In this document: one piece after another, positions 55,427 through 64,000 of the stretch
How the letters are laid out: every line of letters starts with the position of its first letter
Numbering within the stretch: position 1 is the first letter of the stretch
Source of the DNA: Octopus sinensis
Lineage: Eukaryota
Reading direction: 5' to 3'
DNA: 64,000 nucleotides
NCBI RefSeq assembly: GCF_006345805.1
Contig: NC_043000.1
Coordinates: 98,766,001 to 98,830,000, forward strand
Made by a program: the position numbers and the translations under genes
Notes under the pieces: generated by a model
What the model was told of the DNA's origin: nothing
The model's input: the letters and a program-made list of their open reading frames with translations, nothing else
The model's database searches: none

Positions 55427-56230
55427 TATATAACAGGCAAACTGTTTATATACTCAACAAATGCAGCAGTTATTCTTTGAAGGAGTCCCTAATTTGCATA
55501 CCGAATGTGTTTAACACTATAACTACCAGCGGCATATATATAATCATTTCATTCACTTACTGCCTCCTAACTAGTATAATATACAAATCATTGTATTTAT
55601 CATTTTCTGGAGTTGGAGGTAGAAGTATTTATTTATTGTTCAATGTAAACTACAGGGTGAAAGTTTGAATCCAGCTAAAGTCTAGTATTTATATTGTATT
55701 TTTGAATCGCAATTTTACACCTATCTCTATTAATCATTAAAATAAAGCATAGAATAAAGGTTCAGAATTAAGTGTTTTATTTCGTTATTTAATATTCATC
55801 ATTTATAGACGCAAAATTCGATATCCTTATTTTCATCTCATCAGTATAGCTTATTTACAATATATTATTAGTGGTTTAATGTTGTTTCGTTCTCCTAATT
55901 TATGTATAAACCATATCTGTACAGAAAATTAAAGAGAAACGGTGGAGCGCTTTCCAACAGTTACATCCGTCAAGCTGAACTGGACGTTTTCAGTAACATT
56001 TAAACATTTTGAGGCGTAGAAGTTCAAGCTGGTGAGGCTTTGCTTAGCAAGGATGAAATCAACAAGTGTTTCGAAGTAGAATTAGTCGCCAAGTAGTCAG
56101 GTGGCGTTTGCAATCAACAGTTAACCGTTGAGCATAATCATAAAGGGCGTCAAACATCTTAACATCCTAATTCATTATGTAGGCGTAGAAGGACTTGAGA
56201 GTGAGATGAACAACCCATGTACTCATTACT

Positions 56231-56590
56231 TTAATGATAATCCTTCAATTTCATCCCAAGTAACTTTCTAATTCTCTTGTACTCTTTGGAAATTTTCTCA
56301 CCTATTTCTTCTTTCATTATTCTATTGTGTTGCAACAACCCTAGGTCCTTGTGTCCCTCATCATTTCTCAGCGATCTAACGATATCAACTAATGATACTT
56401 TCATAGAATCAGATTCTAATTTTCGGCCTCTCTTCATACTTAGCATTGCATACTTACTCTAAACTGCTTAACAATATTCTTGATAAATATCCTTACTGTT
56501 TGGAATGCAGATCTTTTTTCCGTTTTGTATCTAGTTTGAGGTCATCCATGTATAACAGGTGATATATTGTCACCTTCGATTTGAAAAACG
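56231..56590 (-). mobile_element. Decayed R4/Dong-like RT fragment
   Basis: IYHLLYMDDLKL followed by KYAMLSMKRG...KEYKRIRKLL, colinear with the 11-14 kb element. Confidence 0.75.
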
Positions 56591-57718
56591 TCATAAGCAT
56601 TAACCACTCTAGAGAGAAAGGAAGAAAGCCTTCCCATTCCCCCACACCAATAAATACACACATAAATACGAATATAAACATACACACTGGCACAGACACA
56701 CTTACAGCAACGAACCCATCATCTTCCTGTAGTCCAAAAGGACTAAAAGAAAAAAAGCACAAAAGAAAACTCCCCAAAGCAAAACAACACCCACAATAAG
56801 AAAACAGACACCGTTCACGCAAACATCTTCCTAATAAAACCAACACCGACACAGCCAATACGATCACTATCACTAAAATCACCCAAACGCAAACAACCTA
56901 AACATACAGAACAAACACCTACTATAGCATCTGAAACTGCAGATACCACACTCACAGCAAATACAACACAACCAGAACAACAATAACAAGAAGTGGCGCT
57001 AGCAACTAAGTTAGACGAAACTATTTGCAGTGTTATTGCAACTGACGTGCTTGCACCGAAAATGGCATTACACCATTTCTTCAATGTGAAACACCCTTCT
57101 CAAGTACCCTCGAAGCGTCGGGTGGTTCAGGATTGGTGAGGTACCTGAGCCAACCCTGGATGGGCATCCCCAGTACTGAGGAAATCGAACTGTTATATTT
57201 CTCTTGTTTAATGGTTATTGTTATTGTTTTCCTAATTGTTTACTCGTTGTTTTGTGTAAAACCTCCACTGTCTCCTGTATTGTCCCCTATATGTCGGCCC
57301 TAGAGGCCAATAAATTAAATAATAATTATCATTATCAGTAGTAATAGTAATAGTATTAGTGGCAGTAGTAGTACCATTAAGAGAATTGTTATAATTAACT
57401 ACTTAACGCTCTGATGCATCCATTTATTCATGTATGCATTTATAATTGGTTTAAAATTCTGACTTCGTGTATTTAATTAATGTTTTGGTGAATAATTAGT
57501 GACTTAAGAACATTCTCCATGATTTAATTGCGTAACGATTTATTCATTAACTGAAAAATCTACAGAATACTACTGTGTAATGTAAAGATTGTTCATCTCA
57601 TATATTCTAGAGTTTTACATACACTTACATGCACAGTCAGATATGTATATTTATACGCATTACGTTTTCGTGTTTATGTACATGCATGCAAGTGTCCATA
57701 TATATATATATATATATA

Positions 57719-57769
<51 letters not shown>

Positions 57770-57855
57770 TATATATATCTATATATATATATATTATATA
57801 TATATATATACATATATATATATGTATATATATATATGTATGTATGTATATATAT

Positions 57856-57930
<75 letters not shown>

Positions 57931-57961
57931 GTTAATCCAAACAAGAAAACACAAAAAAACA

Positions 57962-57992
<31 letters not shown>

Positions 57993-58390
57993 ATAGATAG
58001 ATAGATAGGTAGGTAGATAGAAATAATAAGCACAATTAAAACGTGAGTAGATGACCAACAGTTTTGTGGATATCACTTAAATGTGAATGTAATATTAGTA
58101 TTTGGTACAATACACGAGTTAAGCACTCAATACTTGCGTATAAATAATTTTTACTCTTTTCGTTTTGTAGTTATTCCTAAAAGTGATGCAACTGATGAAT
58201 ACTTTGTTCTTAATCGTTTACGGATACGCTTTACATGTCATTTGAGTACATTTCATTAAATTTTTTTAAACTATCTCCTAAATATTTAATTAAACGGAGT
58301 AAAATGTTACTTATCTTGCTAATAAATAAATGGCTTCCTTGGAACATTTTCACAGCTAATTAATTAACTAACTTTAATATTCAGTAAACT

Positions 58391-58837
58391 GAGCGCGGCT
58401 TCCTGGCAGAATCGTTAGCAATCCGGGTAGAATGCTTAACGGCAATTCGTTCATCTTACATTCGGAGTTCAAATTCTGCCGAGGTCGACTTTGTGTTTTA
58501 TCCCTCTGGGGGTCGATAAAATAAGTACCGTTTGATCACTGGGGTCGAAGTAAACGACTTTCCCTCTTCTCCAATCATGCTGGCCTTGTGCCAAAATATA
58601 AAATCAATATTCAGTAAACTAAATGTGCCGAGTTGGCAAGATCATTACCGCGCAGGATAAAAACTGCTTAGCGGCATTTTCTTCTGACATTACATTCTGA
58701 GTTCAAATGTTGCCGAGGTCAACTTTCCCTTCATCATTACTGGGTCAATAAAGTTAGCACCAGTTGAACACAGGAGTCGATGTAATCGACTAACCCTCTC
58801 TCCTTAAATTGTTGGCCTTGCGCCAGAATCTGAAACC
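58391..58837 (+). mobile_element. Two tandem SINE family A copies
   Basis: The first copy is flanked by a perfect 15-bp TSD aatattcagtaaact (58376-58390 / 58606-58620). The second copy spans 58626-58837. Confidence 0.85.
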
Positions 58838-59268
58838 AATATGTCGTAAAGTAGCATCTGTCATTATTTAACAACTAGACGATGGAGGATCAGTAGAATG
58901 TCAGAAACTGTTTCATGCTCTTTGTTCTGTCTCTTTACGTCCTGTGGTCATCGCTGCTCTTCTTTTAGATAAAATAAGGGATATTTCAAGTTCTGATTTC
59001 CGTGGTATACTCTCACTCAACCCCACCAAAATTCTTGGCTTTCTGCTTAAAATAGAAACAACCAGGTCAATTGCTGACTGATGGCAATTATATTAATTAC
59101 AAAGTTACTAGTGTATTAGCCCCATGCTGGGTAATCTTGGAAGTATACGGGGAATGTGGCTTACATATAAAAAATATAATTTGATTTTTAATCTAATTTC
59201 TTGGTTCTCATGACAAAAGAAAAATATTAATTACCTTATATATATATGAGACCTCATAGGTTTTTATA

Positions 59269-59427
59269 GGCGCAGGAGTGGCTATATCGTAAGTAGCTTA
59301 CTTACCATCCACATGGTTCCGGGTTCAGTGCCACTGCGTGGCACCTTGGCAGGTGTCTTATACTATAGCCTCAACCCGACCAAATCCTTGTGCGTGGATT
59401 TGCTAGACGGAAACTGAAAGAAGCCTG

Positions 59428-59505
<78 letters not shown>

Positions 59506-59740
59506 GTGTGTATGTGTGTGTGTCTGTGTATATGTGTGTGTCTGTATTTGTCATCGCACCATCACTTGACAACCGATGTTGGTTTGCTTACGTACCCGTA
59601 AAGTAGCAGTTTGGCAAAAGAGACCAATAGAATAAGCACTAGGCTTATAATGAATAAGTCCCGGATTCGATTTGTTGAACTAAAGTGGGTGCTCCAGCAT
59701 GGCCGCAGTCAAATGACTGAAACAAAAAAAGAAAAAAGTA
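59269..59740 (+). mobile_element. SINE family B (tRNA-like head, internal (TA)n/(TG)n microsatellite, tail gcagtcaaatgactgaaac)
   Basis: Head ggcgcaggagtggct...ggttccgggttcagtgcc; complete copy. Other copies or halves at 2975-3210, 18095-18245, 19505-19590, 23600-23660, 27965-28340, 31550-31930 and 33170-33400. Confidence 0.85.
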
Positions 59741-59751
59741 TAATATATATA

Positions 59752-60981
59752 CAGGGTGTGGGCGGTACTTGACACATGCATTTTTAGTCATTATTTTATT
59801 TTACTAATTTCATTGAACTTCTATTTCAGAAAATATCAATGACAGACTCTATGCTTACTAATGAAATGAAAAGCTATATTGTGATTGTGGCTTTTGAAGG
59901 CTAAGCTTGATGATTTAGAAATTTTTCGCTTTCAGAAAGTTGCAAGATTTTTTGTCCACATGATTCGGTGTGAGTTACAGAAAGAAGATGGAAACGTATT
60001 ACCTGTATCAAAAGATAAAAAAACATTCCGGACACCCACTGTTTCAATTAGGAGAAATGAATTTATTCAGTTCAGGAATATAAGCAAAACATTGGAGACA
60101 ATCCGGGAAAATCAATGAGGTCAATTGCAAAAATATGTCATGTGTCAGAATAAACAATCAGAAATGTTGTGCATGAAATCTTACGTCATGATGAGAGGTA
60201 AATTCATGTGAGAAAGAAAAAAAACAAAAGAAAACCGTGTAATCAGATACAAAAGATCTTTGAACAAACTTAAAAATCCATCAGAAGATGGTGTGATTTG
60301 GTTTTTCTCAGATGAGAAAAATTTTGTCAGGACAAAAAAACTTACATGAGAAATGATAGATGGCTATGTGCAGACCCTTCTGAGGTTCCAAGTGTAATGC
60401 ACGCAAAGTTTCCTGTAAGTGTCATGGTTTAGAGTTTTGCTAGCAATGAAGGACATGTGATGTCTCCTCACTTTTTTTAACAAGGCCTTAGAGTGAATGC
60501 TGCTGCGTATATTGAGGTTCTAGATAAATTTCTTAAGCCTTGCATCAACTGTGTATGAAATGGAATGCACCATCACACAAGGTTCAAATGACACAAGAAT
60601 GGATGACCGACAATTTGCATGATCACATCACCCCAAAGATTTGGCCTCTTAATTCTCAAGATCTAATTCCATTAGACTACTATGTAAGGAGCAACATGGA
60701 GGAAAATGTCAATGAACACCCCCATAGCACCAAAGATTTTTTGAAATTCGTCATAGTTCGAGTCATGTGCGATATGAACAAAGACACTTAATCCGAGCTT
60801 GTAAAAGATTTCGACTCGCGTAGAGGTAGTTATTGATGTTTATGGTGTTTTTTATGGAATGAAATTATCAAATTGATAATTTTGTTTTATGTTTATATTA
60901 CTTTATAAAAAATACAGTTTTTTCTATTATATAAGACCTTTTTTAACCATAAATCTGTCCTCAAATACCGCCCGCAAACTG
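59752..60981 (+). mobile_element. Tc1/mariner-superfamily DNA transposon (maT/DD37D-like), decayed, with TIRs and TA target duplication
   Basis: TIRs cagggtgtgggcggtacttga (59752-59772) and tcaaataccgcccgcaaactg (60961-60981) match 17/21 and are flanked by TA. Transposase remnants FFSDEKNF, KFPVSVMVL, GLRVNAAAYIEVL, APSHKVQMTQEW and WPLNSQDLIPLDYYV. Confidence 0.88.
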
Positions 60982-61176
60982 TATGTGTGTATATATATAT
61001 ATGTACAGCAGTTGTATACAGTCTACTTAATGTGACAGTCATATGAAGGGAATAAAACTACTGCTATTTAGCCCTAGGAAGCAGCAACGCTTCCTGTCGG
61101 CCTTGACACATTTCCTGTCCTTATGTTTACAAGGGGGAGATAAGCACCTCCACACCCAGCTAAGCCTGCAACTAGT

Positions 61177-61207
61177 GACTAGTTTCTGAGTCTTTGCTCG
61201 TCATCAG
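61177..61207 (-). ncRNA. Hammerhead-like motif at the apex of a ~140-nt hairpin (61123-61261)
   Basis: Minus strand reads CTGATGA c gag caaaga ctc a GAAAC ta GTC, with palindromic ACTAGT. The arms start atgtttacaag and end cttgtaaacat. Confidence 0.6.
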
Positions 61208-61296
61208 TCTGGAGTAGCATGGCCTGCTAGTTGGAGATGCCTATCTAGCTCTTGTAAACATTCATTGATTTCAAAAATTGAAATAATACTATTATT

Positions 61297-61337
<41 letters not shown>

Positions 61338-61939
61338 ATATATATCACGTGACCGACCAGACTATCAGATGTTGTTACACATTGCTAATTGCAATGCACT
61401 TTGCATTGTTCAACCTTCGAATGACAGCCTCCCCAGTGGTTAGGCGTGCAGGCTAGCATTCACCACTACGTGCCAGATTAAAAGTGGGGAAGGAGCAACG
61501 TTTAATGTGGTATTTTCCTTAAGAACACTACGCGCCACCCAATCTGGTAATGGAACCCACGATTTAAAGATCGTGTGTGCAGCACCGTAACCACTAGGCC
61601 ACTCACCTTTACATACACACCAGCGCGCACATAACGCACACACACACATATATCTATAAGTCCCTCTCCTCCTTTGTCACTATGATTCTTTCTCAATGTG
61701 TAACGCTCACATTCATTGCCAGCCACCGAGCCAAGTATGCACATTCATGCTGCACTAATTATATCAACTCTCTCTGTATTCCTCTTTCTCCATCTGTCTC
61801 CCTTTTCTCGGTATACGATATAATGCATGTCTGGAAAAATCTACCAACCAACCAGTCAGCTACCAAATCAACCAAACCAAGCAAACGAAGCAAGCAAGCA
61901 ACGAGACAAACTTTTCATTATCGGTTATCATTATATAGG

Positions 61940-62620
61940 GGCTTTGAGTAATAGTAAATGTTTTAAAATTTACAAATGTTTAAAAACATTTGCTGTGTGC
62001 GACAGAGTAACTTCCGTTAATGAGTCTGTAGAAGTTGAAAAGAAACTGCATGGCAATTTAGCTGAAGAAACTAGACAACATTTATAACTATGAAGAATTA
62101 TTGTATTCCACTTAGTTTACCAGTATTTGCAAATAAGAGCTGCCGTTGTGTGGACATGAAAGAAAACACAGCTTTAGCAGAGTTAATTATTGTGAGCTAT
62201 TTGATTGTTTGGCTGAAACATAAAGTGACTTTACATTAAGAATCTCTACGAAAGAAGGATCAAAGAACTTTTAAGAGTTCAAAGTATTATGCAAAATAAC
62301 CTTATATCTGCCTTTAATAGTGTAATAGCTGTTGTGTCACCAAATGAAGCTGAAAGTGTGGACGAAAGTACGAAATGTACAATGCATGTCCAACTCCTTG
62401 TTATTGTGAAGTATGTAAAAGAATGCAAAGCAAATTAAAGATGTTTAGGATGTTATGACGTCAGTAGTGGTATAAGAAACTCGTACTTGCCTGATTTAAT
62501 GGCAAATGTCTTGAAATTCCTTTGGAGATTTTTAAGCTGAAACGGTTAGGTGAATGAACGATGTAACAGTTGTAAAGGTAGGCAAATGAACTGGGTTTCC
62601 AACGAAGGTGGAAAGAAAAG
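61940..62620 (+). mobile_element. Decayed hAT-family (ZMYM1/DUF4371-like) transposase remnant
   Basis: Remnants ELPLCGHE, VNYCELFDCL, MQNNLIS, VDESTKCTMHVQLLVIVKYV and CYDVSS appear in the expected order, with many stops and frameshifts. Confidence 0.6.
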
Positions 62621-62961
62621 GTTTTAATGCAATGGCTTTGTAATCAAAGCGCGAAAGTGTCTCTAATATACAATGAAATGTGAAATGCGGATAAATTGAA
62701 ATTTAATTGACATACATATATACATACATATTATATATAAGTGCATGGATATTGTATACAAATATATATACACTCACATACATTCATACATGTATACATA
62801 CACATATTTACATATATTTTGGAAAAATATATTGACTTATATATATATCAATATATAAATATATACTCATATGCAAAAACGTGCTCTACTGAAGATTATT
62901 GAATAATCGATTGTTATATAAAATCATTTGATATCTATCTATCTACTTATTTACTTATCTT

Positions 62962-63006
<45 letters not shown>

Positions 63007-63719
63007 TTATTCATTTAACTATCTATTAATGCACACACACAAACACACACACGCACACATACACGCATATGCATACATATGCATGTATGTATTAATATAT
63101 TTAAGTATATATATGTATAAGAAATTATATACGTTTAGAGAGAGAAAGAGGGATGGATAAACAGCCAGACAGCCAAATAGTCATATACATAATTAGATAG
63201 AGAGAGGACAAGGGAAGAGAGAGAAAGAGAAAAGAGAAAGAGATAGAGACTCGTTAAAAATGATAACGAAAGAATAAAACCTTATTGAATATCGTAAAGT
63301 AGAATAATTATTTTCTTTTATTTGCTCGACTAAAACCAAAGCCAACTGCCTGTATATGGTAACATCCGAAATTACCTACTTCATCGGAACTCCATTTATG
63401 GGGTTATATGTGTATATACACATATCTATGTGTGTGTGTATGTATGTGTATGTGTGCGTGTGTGTGTATGTGTGATGGATAGATAGATACAGAGAGAGAG
63501 AAAGGGAGGGGGGGCTTAATGGTTTGGATTTTCGCAAGGTCACGAGTTTTGTTTCAGGCGGTGCGTTGTGTCGTTCAGCAAGACACTTTATTTGACGTTG
63601 CTTCTGTTTATTCAGCTCGTAAAAATGAGTAGTATCTGTATTTCAAAAGGGCCAGCTATGTCGCATTCTGTGTCACACTGAATCTACCAGTGAACTATGT
63701 TAAATGTACGCTACATATA

Positions 63720-64000
63720 CTCTTTTACTCTTTTACTTGTTTCAGTCACTTGACCGCGGCCATGCTGGAGCACCGCCTTTAGTCGAGCAAATCGACCCCA
63801 GGACTTATTCTTTGTAAGCCTAGTACTTATTTTATCGGTCTCTTTTGCCGAACCGCTAAGTGACGGGGACATAAACACACCAGCATCGGTTGTCAAGCAA
63901 TGCTAGGGGGACAAACACACACACACAAACAGACACACACATACACATACACATATATATACATATATACGACAGGCTTCTTTCAGTTTCCGTCTACCAA
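63720..64000 (-). mobile_element. SINE family B, young copy running off the window end
   Basis: ctcttttactcttttacttgtttcagtca ... ttctttcagtttccgtctaccaa; highly similar to 18909-19240. Confidence 0.85.

Noticed and set aside
55561-55606. Minus-strand 46-bp exon-like segment with good splice sites
   Set aside because: Its open frame is phase-incompatible with the next candidate exon and the peptide is unrecognisable.
56600-57084. ORFs 56493-56882, 56581-56799 and 56815-57084
   Set aside because: Low-complexity AC-rich sequence; only the 56231-56590 part has real RT similarity.

Overview
AT-rich, repeat-dominated eukaryotic (animal) DNA. The SINE families and the very high density of (TA)n/(CA)n/(TATC)n/(TAA)n microsatellites suggest a coleoid cephalopod such as Octopus; this is an inference from pattern recognition. 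Almost all ORF-track entries are microsatellite artefacts. The real coding remnants are transposon-derived. They are a nest of at least 7 R4/Dong-like non-LTR retrotransposon pieces (RT + CCHC + restriction-like endonuclease) in and around (TAA)n arrays at 4.2-14.4 kb, including one young 3-kb copy, plus RTE and CR1/L2-like fragments, a decayed Tc1/mariner (maT/DD37D-like) element with TIRs and a hAT transposase remnant. The most interesting signal is a set of about 8 short non-coding elements sitting in or next to (TA)n-type microsatellites. They carry minimal type-I hammerhead ribozyme motifs, often inside fold-back inverted repeats, resembling Penelope pLTRs or retrozymes. There is also a ~500-bp non-coding element that looks like a non-autonomous passenger of the TAA-targeting R4/Dong elements. 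A few small exon-like segments on the minus strand may belong to a host gene with long introns (low confidence). No rRNA, intact tRNA or CRISPR was seen. All calls were made by eye.
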